From positions 3,678 to 67,677 of the forward strand of contig JABIQN010000001.1 in assembly GCA_018699395.1 (NCBI GenBank): 64,000 nucleotides of DNA, written 5' to 3'. Within the stretch, counting starts at the first letter, position 1. Every line of letters begins with the position of its first letter. The translations under genes and the position numbers were made by a program. Of the stretch, positions 51,366-60,785 are shown piece after piece. This stretch comes from Gammaproteobacteria bacterium (GTDB lineage Bacteria; Pseudomonadota; Gammaproteobacteria; Steroidobacterales; Woeseiaceae). Under the pieces are notes generated by a model that saw only the letters and a program-made list of their open reading frames with translations, ran no database searches and had not been told where the DNA came from.

Positions 51366-52589
51366 TCAGAAACTCAACAGCAATCCCGCCAGCGCTGCAC
51401 TCATGAGGTTGGAAAGCGAACCCGCCAGTACCGCCTTCATACCGAAGCGACCGATTAACTCTCGCTTCTCCGGTACGAGGACCCCAAGACCACCCAACAA
51501 AACCGCTATCGAGGATAGATTGGCAAAACCACACAAAGAGAAAGTCGTGATCGCAATGGTCCGAGGACTCATTCCAGCTAGGTAATCGCCAAGATGTGAA
51601 AATGCAACGAACTCATTGAGGATTACTTTTTCGCCAAATAAGGCGCCCGCGGCGGCAGCTTCAGTCCACGGTATGCTCAGGAGATACATCAACGGTTGAA
51701 ATAGCTTGCCGAGCAACAACTGCAGCGTAATGCCTTCTATTCCAAAAAAACTGAAAATTCCGCCTACCATGCCATTAAATAATGCGATCAATGCTACAAA
51801 CGCAATCAACATTGCTCCAATATTGGCCGCAAGACGCAATCCATCAGTCGTTCCGGAGGCAGCTGCAAGGATAACGTTCTTATGGCGACTTGGCTCCATG
51901 ACGATTTTTTCATGTCCACCATTGGGTACAACTTCATCGTCCGGCATAATAATTTTCGCCATCAATAAGCCGCCCGGTGCAGCCATAAGTGAGGCCGCCA
52001 ACAAATATTTAAGTTCAGCCCCCATGAGGACATAACCCGCGAGCATTGTCCCCGCAATCGATGCTACGCCAGACACCATAACCGTAAATATCTGTGCTTC
52101 CGTCAGATTCTTCAGATAAGGTTTAACGGCTAGCGGTGCTTCCGTTTGTCCGACAAAAATATTCGCCGCCGCGTTCATCGATTCAATCACGCCCGTTCCA
52201 ACAATTTTGTGTATCCCACCGCCGACAATCTTAACGATCCAATCCATGATCCTCAGGTGGTACATCACTGACATCAAAGCTGAAAAGAAAATAACAACCG
52301 ACAGAACCTGGACAGCAAAAATAAACTCTATTTTGCTAAGATCAGCCAGCGGACCGAACACCATATCGATACCAGCTTTCGAAGAACCGATTACCACCAG
52401 TACTCCTGTGCTCATCCAATCGATCGCTATGCGTCCCGCCTCGAAATATAAAACTAGAGCGGCGACCACAGTTTGCAATCCCAATGCTGCGCCAACGATA
52501 CGTATATTGATCTTTTTGCGATTACTCGAAAAGGCGACAGCGATGCCCAGAAGTACAATTATTCCGACCAGTCCACGCAGGTTCTCCAT
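51366..52589 (-). CDS. nupC: NupC-family concentrative nucleoside transporter
   Basis: 407-aa polytopic protein with CNT-family blocks (GQTEAPL and GFANLSSIA). It starts 65 nt downstream of deoA. Confidence 0.88.
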   Translation of the reverse strand: MENLRGLVGIIVLLGIAVAFSSNRKKINIRIVGAALGLQTVVAALVLYFEAGRIAIDWMSTGVLVVIGSSKAGIDMVFGPLADLSKIEFIFAVQVLSVVIFFSALMSVMYHLRIMDWIVKIVGGGIHKIVGTGVIESMNAAANIFVGQTEAPLAVKPYLKNLTEAQIFTVMVSGVASIAGTMLAGYVLMGAELKYLLAASLMAAPGGLLMAKIIMPDDEVVPNGGHEKIVMEPSRHKNVILAAASGTTDGLRLAANIGAMLIAFVALIALFNGMVGGIFSFFGIEGITLQLLLGKLFQPLMYLLSIPWTEAAAAGALFGEKVILNEFVAFSHLGDYLAGMSPRTIAITTFSLCGFANLSSIAVLLGGLGVLVPEKRELIGRFGMKAVLAGSLSNLMSAALAGLLLSF

Positions 52590-52654
52590 GGTATTTCTCC
52601 CCCCAACTACCTCTCATGATTGGAGGCGGCCTTTAGCATACCCCAAAGTGGCTG

Positions 52655-53968
52655 TTAAACCGTTAGAATCTCATTGATCATAGGTCGTTCGGCTGGCGCT
52701 GATTCGCTTAAGGTATAGGCATTGAGTAAATTTCTCGCAGCGAGGTCCGCGTCTGAAGCGCTCGACGCGTGAATGACAGCAAGCGGCCTATCAGCACTCA
52801 GCTTTACTCCGATTGACGCGATATTTGTAAAGCCTACTGACAAATCTAAAATATCGTCTGCTCTACTTCTCCCACCCCCAAGTTCAATGATTGCATTGCC
52901 GACAGCGTGAGTGTCAACGCTGTCTACATATCCGTCAGCGTACAGCGCTTGTACTACTGGCGCTTTCGGCAAGTACTTATCGTAATTCTCCACAAAGTCT
53001 GCGGGACCGCCGAGTGCGGCCGTCATCTGTCCAAAGATTTCCGCAGCCTTACCACTACTTACCGCTTGCTCGCAGCGTTCACGAGCGATATCACGATTAT
53101 TTGTAATCCCCCCAACTATTAACATTTCTGCACAAAGAGACAAAACAACATCATCGAGACGCGATTCACGAACATCGTTGCGCAAGTAGAGTACCGACTC
53201 ACGAATTTCAACGGCGTTGCCCGCTGTGGACCCGAGTACCTCATTCATGTCGGTGATGATAGCGTGAGACTCCAGCCCGGCTTTTTCTGCCGTTCGGATG
53301 AGACTGTCAGCAAGTTCACGAGCCCTGTCAGTCGTTTTCATGAAAGCTCCCGAGCCCACTTTTACATCACTAACGAGACCCTGAAGACCCGCAGCAATTT
53401 TCTTGGACAAAATTGATGCCGTTATTAACGGTACTGACTCAACGGTCGCGGTGATATCCCTGATCGAATAGAAGCGTCGATCGGCAGGCGCCAACTCCCC
53501 TGTCTGTCCAATTATCGCGCAACCGATATTCTTGACCGTCTTTCGAAACACATCGAAAGATGGTGTAGCGTTGTAACCCTGTATCGATTCCGCTTTGTCG
53601 GTTGTGCCGCCGGTATGCCCAAGACCACGCCCGGAAATCATCGGCACGAAACAGCCACAAGCTGCGGCGATTGGAGCCAGCATGAAGCTAACCTTGTCAC
53701 CGACACCGCCAGTTGAATGTTTATCGATGACCGGCCCGCCGAGATCCTCCTTTCCCCAGTCGAGCACGGTCCCAGATGCTGCCATCTTATTTGTCAGTCG
53801 CCCAGCTTCTTCGAATGTCATCGAGTTGAGAAATACGGCCATCGCAAGTGATGAGACCTGCTCTGCGGGAATGCTGCCGTCAGCCAGTCCATCAACGAAA
53901 AACTGAATTTGCTTGTCGGTCAGTTCATGACCGTCACGTTTGGTGCGGATTACATCAGTGAATAGCAT
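52655..53968 (-). CDS. deoA: Thymidine phosphorylase
   Basis: DKHSTGGVGDK and ISGRGLGHTGGT motifs; 437 aa. Confidence 0.92.
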   Translation of the reverse strand: MLFTDVIRTKRDGHELTDKQIQFFVDGLADGSIPAEQVSSLAMAVFLNSMTFEEAGRLTNKMAASGTVLDWGKEDLGGPVIDKHSTGGVGDKVSFMLAPIAAACGCFVPMISGRGLGHTGGTTDKAESIQGYNATPSFDVFRKTVKNIGCAIIGQTGELAPADRRFYSIRDITATVESVPLITASILSKKIAAGLQGLVSDVKVGSGAFMKTTDRARELADSLIRTAEKAGLESHAIITDMNEVLGSTAGNAVEIRESVLYLRNDVRESRLDDVVLSLCAEMLIVGGITNNRDIARERCEQAVSSGKAAEIFGQMTAALGGPADFVENYDKYLPKAPVVQALYADGYVDSVDTHAVGNAIIELGGGRSRADDILDLSVGFTNIASIGVKLSADRPLAVIHASSASDADLAARNLLNAYTLSESAPAERPMINEILTV

Positions 53969-54122
53969 TTTTTTCCTTAATCGAAGCCGCGAAACGGCAA
54001 GTCTGCACTGCAGCCAGTTTTCGACTGGATAATAACTCTTCTGGTCTATTCTAGACGAGTTTATATACGCTTGGTGACGAAGAGGCAGTAGTGCCGCCCT
54101 TTTTCTGTGTCAAAATATACAT

Positions 54123-55565
54123 ATGAATAATACCTATAAAATAATGACCCTCGTCACCGTATTGCTGGCCCTCATTGCGTGTACCGAGAACACAGCACCC
54201 AAACCGTCAACGACTGCCGCGGCGCTGAGCGGGCAAATCGATCTAATCATCCTGGGCGACACCATTGTCACCATGGATGCAATGGGTGCCATCCTCGAGA
54301 ACAGCGCCATAGCGGTTGATGACGGCGTCATATTAGCTGTCGGCCCTGCTGCCCAGATTACCGCCGAATACAGTGCTATGGAAACGCTCGACGGTGAAAA
54401 TCGCATCGTCATGCCGGGCTTAATCAATGGACATTCACACGCAGCGATGACTCTGTTTCGGGGCGTTGCCGATGATCTGACACTAATGGATTGGCTGAAT
54501 AACTACATCTTTCCTTCCGAGGTCCAATTCGTGGACTCTGAGTTGGTCCGCATCGGGACTGAACTTGCATGCTGGGAAATGATTCGCGGTGGAACCACGA
54601 CGTTCGTTGATATGTATTACTACCCAGAAACTGTTGCAGAGGTTGTCGACAGCTGTGGCATGCGTGCATTGGTATCGGCCACTGTTATTGATCAGCGCAG
54701 TCCAGACGCTGAGAGCGCAGCGGATTCGATTCAAAAGGGTATCGAATTCATTGGACGCTGGAAGAACAAGAACAGTCGCATCACACCGATCTTCGGGCCA
54801 CATTCGAACTACACACTCAATGCTGAACAACTTCAGGCTGTTCGCGCAGCTGCAACTGAATACGGAGTCGGAATCAGTATTCATATGTCGGAATCGCCCT
54901 TCGAACTACAATATTCGAAGGACACATTCGGCAAGACCAGCGTAGAATTTTACGAATCAATCGGCTTTCTCGATGGCCCGACGATCGCAGCACACATGAT
55001 TTGGCCAACTGCAGTAGAGATTCCGATCCTTGTGGAGAGGAAAATCAGCGTCATCCATAACCCAACGTCCAACATGAAGATCGCCTCTGGTATTTCGCCG
55101 ATCGTAGAAATGCTGCAAGCTGGCGTTCACGTTGGCCTCGGTACCGACGGTGCGGCCAGCAATAATGATCTGGATATGTGGGAAGAAATGCGACTCGCGG
55201 CGCTCCTTCAAAAGGTAGACCGCATGAATCCAACGGTCATGCCTGCGTCAACTGTATTGGGGATGGCCACCAGTGGCGGCGCGATCGCCATCGGGCTTGG
55301 CGATGCTGTCGGATCAATAGAGGTCGGAAAAAGAGCGGATATTATTCAGGTTGCCTTCGATGATGTGCACCACGTACCAACCTACGACGTCATCTCTCAT
55401 CTCGTCTATGTTACAGACGAGCAGGATGTTGCTTCAGTGGTGGTTGACGGGAAAGTTCTCATGCGAAACGGTGAGATACTCACTATCGACACTGAGCGAG
55501 TCACTGCAGAAGCTAAAGCGCTGGCATTGAAGATTCAAGCAGCACTAAACGAGCGAAACCAATAG
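54123..55565 (+). CDS. Amidohydrolase of the MtaD/SAH-MTA-adenosine deaminase (TRZ/ATZ) family with lipoprotein signal peptide
   Basis: Metal ligands NGHSHAAMT, HMSE, HNPTSNMK and GTDGAASNN. The N-terminus MNNTYKIMTLVTVLLALIAC carries lipobox LIAC. Confidence 0.8.
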   Translation: MNNTYKIMTLVTVLLALIACTENTAPKPSTTAAALSGQIDLIILGDTIVTMDAMGAILENSAIAVDDGVILAVGPAAQITAEYSAMETLDGENRIVMPGLINGHSHAAMTLFRGVADDLTLMDWLNNYIFPSEVQFVDSELVRIGTELACWEMIRGGTTTFVDMYYYPETVAEVVDSCGMRALVSATVIDQRSPDAESAADSIQKGIEFIGRWKNKNSRITPIFGPHSNYTLNAEQLQAVRAAATEYGVGISIHMSESPFELQYSKDTFGKTSVEFYESIGFLDGPTIAAHMIWPTAVEIPILVERKISVIHNPTSNMKIASGISPIVEMLQAGVHVGLGTDGAASNNDLDMWEEMRLAALLQKVDRMNPTVMPASTVLGMATSGGAIAIGLGDAVGSIEVGKRADIIQVAFDDVHHVPTYDVISHLVYVTDEQDVASVVVDGKVLMRNGEILTIDTERVTAEAKALALKIQAALNERNQ

Positions 55566-55677
55566 GCATGCGCTCCGAACAGGAGAGTGCTATAGGAAAG
55601 AGTATAGTAGCAGGCGTCGCAGGACGTTTTAATCGCTGTAGGCTTGAAGTGAACTTAAGCCAAAGGTCGGCTGATTC

Positions 55678-56895
55678 TTAAACGAAGCTCGTTCCATAGT
55701 CCATCGGCGAAAGGTCAAAATGTACTGCCAGACTTTGCCCGATATCCGCGAATGATTCTCTTTTCCCCAACGATCCGGCGGTAATACCAGTGCCGAGTGC
55801 TAGCACAGGAATATGCTCGCGCGTATGATCACTGCCCGGCCAAGTGGGGTCGCAACCATGGTCAGCGCACAGGATCAGCAAATCGCCCTCACCCATCAAA
55901 TCAATAATTTCTGGAAGCCGAGTGTCGAGATACTCAAGTGCTGTCGCATAGCCATCAACATCCCGACGATGTCCGAACAACATGTCAAAATCCACGAAGT
56001 TCGTAAAAACGATTGACCGGTCGCCAGCCGCACCCATCGCCTCGAGAGTAGCCTCAAATAGCGCTTCATTTCCGTTAGCTTTTATCTTCTTCGTGATGCC
56101 CATATGGGCGTAGATATCTGATATTTTGCCGACACTGATGACATCGCCTCCACTTTCGACCAACTTATCGAGCACTGTCGGCGCATGCGGTGGTGTCGTC
56201 AAATCACGTCGATTGCCGGTACGCGCGTAGGTTTCGGGTCCGTGGCCAACGAATGGCCGAGCAATAACCCGCCCGATATTGTATTTATCGACCAGCTCGC
56301 GAGCGATGTCGCAGAGATCATAAAGTCGATCCAGTCCGAATGCTATCTCGTGGCAGGCTATCTGAAGTACGCTGTCCGCTGAGGTGTATACGATTGGCTT
56401 ACCACTGGCGATATGCTCGTCCCCTAGTTCGGCAATGATGGTGGTTCCTGACGCATGGCAATTTCCGAGGATTCCGGGCAGGTTACCTCGCTCAGCCAAC
56501 TCCTTGAGCAGCTCCTCTGGAAAGGTCTCGTCCTGATCAGTGAAATAGCCCCATTCGAACAACACAGGTACGCCCGCGATTTCCCAATGTCCACTCGGCG
56601 TATCTTTGCCGCTACTGAGTTCTGCTGCGTGACCGTAGGCACCGATGACCTCAATGTCGGGATCGTATCCGGGCGCAAACGCTCCGGTGCTTTCCTGACC
56701 GGCATGAAACAGCCCAAGTCGCGCCAAATTAGTTAGCTTTAAAGGGCCAGCGGCTGAAACCGCTCGTTCAGCCGCAATATGTCCAAAAGTATCGGCGCCA
56801 ACATCGCCGAACTTATCGGCGTCCGCTGTCGCACCGACGCCGAAGGAGTCCAGTACTAGGATAATCGCTCTTGTGGGGACAGCATTCTTATTCAT
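55678..56895 (-). CDS. deoB: Phosphopentomutase
   Basis: VLDSFGVG and [10 protein letters not shown] motifs; 405 aa. Confidence 0.92.
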   Translation of the reverse strand: MNKNAVPTRAIILVLDSFGVGATADADKFGDVGADTFGHIAAERAVSAAGPLKLTNLARLGLFHAGQESTGAFAPGYDPDIEVIGAYGHAAELSSGKDTPSGHWEIAGVPVLFEWGYFTDQDETFPEELLKELAERGNLPGILGNCHASGTTIIAELGDEHIASGKPIVYTSADSVLQIACHEIAFGLDRLYDLCDIARELVDKYNIGRVIARPFVGHGPETYARTGNRRDLTTPPHAPTVLDKLVESGGDVISVGKISDIYAHMGITKKIKANGNEALFEATLEAMGAAGDRSIVFTNFVDFDMLFGHRRDVDGYATALEYLDTRLPEIIDLMGEGDLLILCADHGCDPTWPGSDHTREHIPVLALGTGITAGSLGKRESFADIGQSLAVHFDLSPMDYGTSFV

Positions 56896-56897
56896 AC

Positions 56898-57173
56898 TTA
56901 GATTCTGTCCAGTTTCTCACTGAAATGGAAGCTCTTGATGCCCATAAAATTTGTATACGCATCGTCATTAATCGCTGCTTTCGAAGATTCAATCGTCATC
57001 ACATTGACTGAATAAACAGCTCTTCGCGTATTCCTTAGTATTATTGGTACTCCAGCTTCCTTTATCCTTTTCATCCATCATCTAGCGCCATCAACACTTC
57101 CCATGGTCGGCGAGCAAGCGGCGAGCAGTAATGTGATAGCAAAAATCGATAATACTGTTTTGACTGATTTCAT
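56898..57173 (-). pseudogene. 91-codon lipoprotein-like reading frame interrupted by one in-frame TGA (codon 32)
   Basis: ATG at 57173 gives MKSVKTVLSIFAITLLLAACSPTMGSVDGAR, then TGA (57080-57078). The same frame continues [59 protein letters not shown] to a TAA 2 nt before the deoB ATG. Confidence 0.35.
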
Positions 57174-57216
57174 ATCAGGTCTTTTCTGGAATCAAAAATT
57201 CGCTGTGAAACCAGAT

Positions 57217-57242
57217 AAAAAAGGCCCGCAAGCGGGCCTTTT
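57217..57242 (-). terminator. Rho-independent terminator of the oxidase operon (bidirectional shape)
   Basis: aaaaaa-ggcccg-caag-cgggcc-tttt, starting 21 nt after the stop of the last oxidase gene. A T-run follows the stem on both strands. Confidence 0.8.
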
Positions 57243-57262
57243 CAATCATACATTATTGGTCA

Positions 57263-57607
57263 TTAATGATGTTCGGGCGACACTACTTCCATCGTACTTT
57301 CGCCATAGTTCTCAATTCTGGAGCCTTCTATGTAATCACTTTCCAGAGCCATCAGTCCGATGAGTACCAGAATTGCAACCGGTGGTCCCAATATCGCGAT
57401 TTTTAGCGCCCAACGTTCCCAACCCATGTGCATAAAGATCCAGATGATTCCGCCAGCTTTGATGAACATAAATAATAGAATCAGAAATGTTCGTAACGCT
57501 CCGTCAGCCATAAAGTCTGTTGCGTACGAGAACATGCTGAGCACGAAAAGCCCAATCCACATGATGTAGTAGATTTTTAATGGATGTTGTGTCCCATCGT
57601 CTGACAT
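57263..57607 (-). CDS. Cytochrome c oxidase subunit IV-family small membrane protein
   Basis: 114 aa with three TM helices, in the last position of the oxidase operon. It resembles the prokaryotic COX4 family. Confidence 0.65.
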   Translation of the reverse strand: MSDDGTQHPLKIYYIMWIGLFVLSMFSYATDFMADGALRTFLILLFMFIKAGGIIWIFMHMGWERWALKIAILGPPVAILVLIGLMALESDYIEGSRIENYGESTMEVVSPEHH

Positions 57608-57625
57608 AGCGATTAGTCCTGTTTC

Positions 57626-58312
57626 TTACCAGAGGTAAAAGAATGCAAAAATAAATACCCATACGAGATCAACAAAGTGCCAATAAAGGCCTGTGATCTC
57701 GACAATCTTATAACCGTCCGGACGGTTTTCATAGAAGCCGTTCTTAACTCGAAAAGCGACCACGAGCAGATAGATAACACCGGCGGTCACATGCATTCCA
57801 TGAAAGCCTGTAATCATGAAGAAGCTCGAGCCGAACTGCGCGGCGCCGAATGGATTCCCCCATGGTCGCACACCCTCTTCGATGAGCTTGGACCACTCAA
57901 AAATCTGCATACCGACAAACGAGGCACCGAGTATCGCGGTAGCTAGCATGAGCCAAAATGTTGCCTTCCGATTCTTGCGATAACCCATGTTCACAGCAAG
58001 AGCCATCGTGCCGGACGACGTAATCAGGATAAAGGTCATTATTGCGATTAAGAGCAATGGCACTGGGTATCCGAACGCCTCCAATGCAAAGACCTCAGAC
58101 GGGTTCGGCCATGGGTCTGTTGTCGCCATTCGAACGGACATATAACCCACGAGGAAACAGCTGAAGATGAAAGTGTCCGAGAGCAGGAAAACCCACATCA
58201 TGGCTTTGCCCCACGGCACGCCAAAGACCTGCTTGTCCCGAGACCAATCTTCTATAAGGCCTTCCTTGCCTAGAGCTTCTTTTGCTCCGCTATACATTAC
58301 TGCTTCTGACAT
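57626..58312 (-). CDS. Haem-copper oxidase subunit III (CoxP-like)
   Basis: 228 aa with subunit III blocks (FFMITGFHGMHVTAG and YWHFVDLVWVFIF). Confidence 0.85.
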   Translation of the reverse strand: MSEAVMYSGAKEALGKEGLIEDWSRDKQVFGVPWGKAMMWVFLLSDTFIFSCFLVGYMSVRMATTDPWPNPSEVFALEAFGYPVPLLLIAIMTFILITSSGTMALAVNMGYRKNRKATFWLMLATAILGASFVGMQIFEWSKLIEEGVRPWGNPFGAAQFGSSFFMITGFHGMHVTAGVIYLLVVAFRVKNGFYENRPDGYKIVEITGLYWHFVDLVWVFIFAFFYLW

Positions 58313-58335
58313 ACAGATCCCTTAGATCAAAAAAA

Positions 58336-59010
58336 TCAGGTCGACAACAACAACCCAAAAAGTACTAACCAGACGATTAGCAGGAAGTGCCAGTAGATCG
58401 TACACAGCTCAATACTGCGACGAATTCCCTCAGCGCTTCCAGTGCCAAGCACGACCCTTAATGTCGCTCTCGCCCACACATACAGGCCACCGAGAATGTG
58501 GACCGCATGTGCTCCCGTCAAAAAATAGAAAAATGCGTTGGACGGATTGCTCGAAACGAGCTGACCCGAATTCTGCAGTTGCTGCCACGCGACAAACTGC
58601 CCAAGAACGAATCCCAATGTAAGAACGCCGGTGATCATCAGTCCCGGCTTCAGCCGGCTCTGCTGATCATTTACCGATGCATTGCGTGTCCACTGGAACA
58701 CGATACTCGCGACAATCAACATCACCGTATTCATCCACAGAAGCTGCGGCTCTGTCAGAGGCACCCAGTCGCCAAGCTCCATTCGCAAAGCATAGGCGCT
58801 AAGAATCAATGCGAAGAACGACGAAGCCACTGCCAGGAACGTCACCAACGCGATCAACTTGCTTTTGTCAGTCGTTCCACCCAACGGACCGTGATGAGCC
58901 GTATCGCTTGCTGCCTCCATTTCCCACGGCGTAGTATTGATGGTCTGCTTCACTAGCCAACCCAACAAAGTCGCCAGGATGATTCCGAGAAAGACTAGGG
59001 CAATAGTCAC
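58336..59010 (-). CDS. Second subunit III-family protein (CoxO-like)
   Basis: 224 aa, a divergent subunit III paralog (FYFLTGAHAVHILGG and YWHFLLIVWLVLF). Confidence 0.75.
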   Translation of the reverse strand: MTIALVFLGIILATLLGWLVKQTINTTPWEMEAASDTAHHGPLGGTTDKSKLIALVTFLAVASSFFALILSAYALRMELGDWVPLTEPQLLWMNTVMLIVASIVFQWTRNASVNDQQSRLKPGLMITGVLTLGFVLGQFVAWQQLQNSGQLVSSNPSNAFFYFLTGAHAVHILGGLYVWARATLRVVLGTGSAEGIRRSIELCTIYWHFLLIVWLVLFGLLLST

Positions 59011-60774
59011 CTAGTGCTCTCCATCGCGATCGCGGCCCGCTGGTACCTTATCTGCGCCAACGTTTTGTGGAATGAAATCGTCCTCATAACCTGGCACGCT
59101 GTAATCGTAAGCCCAACGATGCACCTCCGGCAGCTCATGCCCCCAGTTACCATGCTTCGGTGGATGGTCCGGCGTGTGCCATTCGAGCGTCGTAGCGTCC
59201 CACGGATTCGGATCCGATTTTGGCCCACTCTTGAGACTCCAGATCATATTAATGAAGAAGAGAAGCTGTGAGGCCGCCACAAAAATTGCCGATATCGTAA
59301 TTGCCACGTTCAAATCCTGCGCCGAATCAGGGAGGAAGTCAGTGTTGCCCATCGCAAAGTAGCGGCGCGGAACGCCAGCGAAACCTAGGTAATGCATTGG
59401 CAGGTAAATCGCATAGGCTCCGAGGAACGTCATCCAGAAGTGCCACTTACCCAAAGTTTCGTTGTACATCTTTCCGGAGATCTTTGGCCACCAGTGATAA
59501 ATCGCTCCTAAAACGACGAGCACTGGCGATACACCCATGACCATATGGAAATGCGCTACAACGAAGTAGGTGTCTGACAGCGGTAAATCGATCGTCACGT
59601 TACCCAAGAAGAGGCCAGTCAGACCACCATGGATGAAAGTAAAGATGAAGCCGATCGAAAACAGCATTGGCACCCGAAGATGAATGTTGCCTTCCCACAG
59701 AGTGAGTACCCAATTATAAACTTTTATAGCCGTTGGCACGGCAATGATTAGCGTTGTTGTCGCGAAGAAGAACCCGAAGTACGGATTCATGCCGCTGACG
59801 TACATGTGGTGAGCCCAAACGACAAAGCTCAACCCACCTATCATGATAATCGCCCAGACCATCATGCGATAACCGAAAATATTCTTTCGCGCGTGCGTGC
59901 TGATAAGGTCAGACACGATACCGAACGCCGGTAAAGCCACGATGTAAACCTCAGGGTGCCCGAAGAACCAGAACAAATGCTGGAATAGAATCGGGCTGCC
60001 GCCGGAATAGCCGGGGTCAATGCCCATGGAGCTCACGGCTGGCATGAAAAAACTGGTCATGAGTGTCTTGTCGAACAACATCATGATTGCGCTGACGAGC
60101 AATGCTGGGAATGCGAGCAGACCAAGAATTGTTGCTATGAAGATGCCCCAGACGGACAGCGGCAAACGCATCAGCGTCATGCCTTTACATCGCGCCTGCA
60201 AAACGGTGGTCACGTAGTTCAGCCCGCCCATAGTGAATGCGACGATAAACACAGCGAGCGATACAAGCATCAGTATTATGCCGACATCGATACCGGGCGT
60301 ACCTTGACTGATAGCCTGCGGCGGATACAGGGTCCATCCGGCACCCGTCGCTCCTCCATCCACGAAAAAGCTCGCAACCAGGATGATGACGGACACCAAA
60401 TACGTCCAATAACTGAGCATATTCAAGTATGGGAACACCATATCCCGTGAGCCGCACATTAGTGGGATCAAGTAGTTTCCGAATCCACCGAGGAATAACG
60501 CAGTCAGCAGGTAGACCACCATGATCATGCCGTGCATCGTTATGAACTGATAATAGTCCTCAGGATTAATGAAATTAAATTCGTTAGGAAACCCGAGCTG
60601 TAGGCGCATCATCACTGACAAGCCGAGTGCGATCAGGCCAACAAATATCGCTGTGAGTCCATACTGAATCGCGATGACCTTGTGGTCCTGGCTCCAGATA
60701 TACTTAGTGAAGAATGTTTCTGGATCGTGGTGTTCTTGCTCGTGATCACGATCTGCAAATGCAACGTAAGACAT
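59011..60774 (-). CDS. ctaD: Cytochrome c oxidase subunit I
   Basis: FFGHPEVYI, VWAHHMY and VVAHFHMVM haem/CuB ligand blocks; 587 aa. Confidence 0.95.
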   Translation of the reverse strand: MSYVAFADRDHEQEHHDPETFFTKYIWSQDHKVIAIQYGLTAIFVGLIALGLSVMMRLQLGFPNEFNFINPEDYYQFITMHGMIMVVYLLTALFLGGFGNYLIPLMCGSRDMVFPYLNMLSYWTYLVSVIILVASFFVDGGATGAGWTLYPPQAISQGTPGIDVGIILMLVSLAVFIVAFTMGGLNYVTTVLQARCKGMTLMRLPLSVWGIFIATILGLLAFPALLVSAIMMLFDKTLMTSFFMPAVSSMGIDPGYSGGSPILFQHLFWFFGHPEVYIVALPAFGIVSDLISTHARKNIFGYRMMVWAIIMIGGLSFVVWAHHMYVSGMNPYFGFFFATTTLIIAVPTAIKVYNWVLTLWEGNIHLRVPMLFSIGFIFTFIHGGLTGLFLGNVTIDLPLSDTYFVVAHFHMVMGVSPVLVVLGAIYHWWPKISGKMYNETLGKWHFWMTFLGAYAIYLPMHYLGFAGVPRRYFAMGNTDFLPDSAQDLNVAITISAIFVAASQLLFFINMIWSLKSGPKSDPNPWDATTLEWHTPDHPPKHGNWGHELPEVHRWAYDYSVPGYEDDFIPQNVGADKVPAGRDRDGEH

Positions 60775-60785
60775 AAATTATTAGC

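Noticed and set aside
57103-57363. Plus-strand 86-aa ORF.
   Set aside because: It runs straight through the strong terminator hairpin at 57217-57242 and into the oxidase subunit IV gene on the opposite strand.
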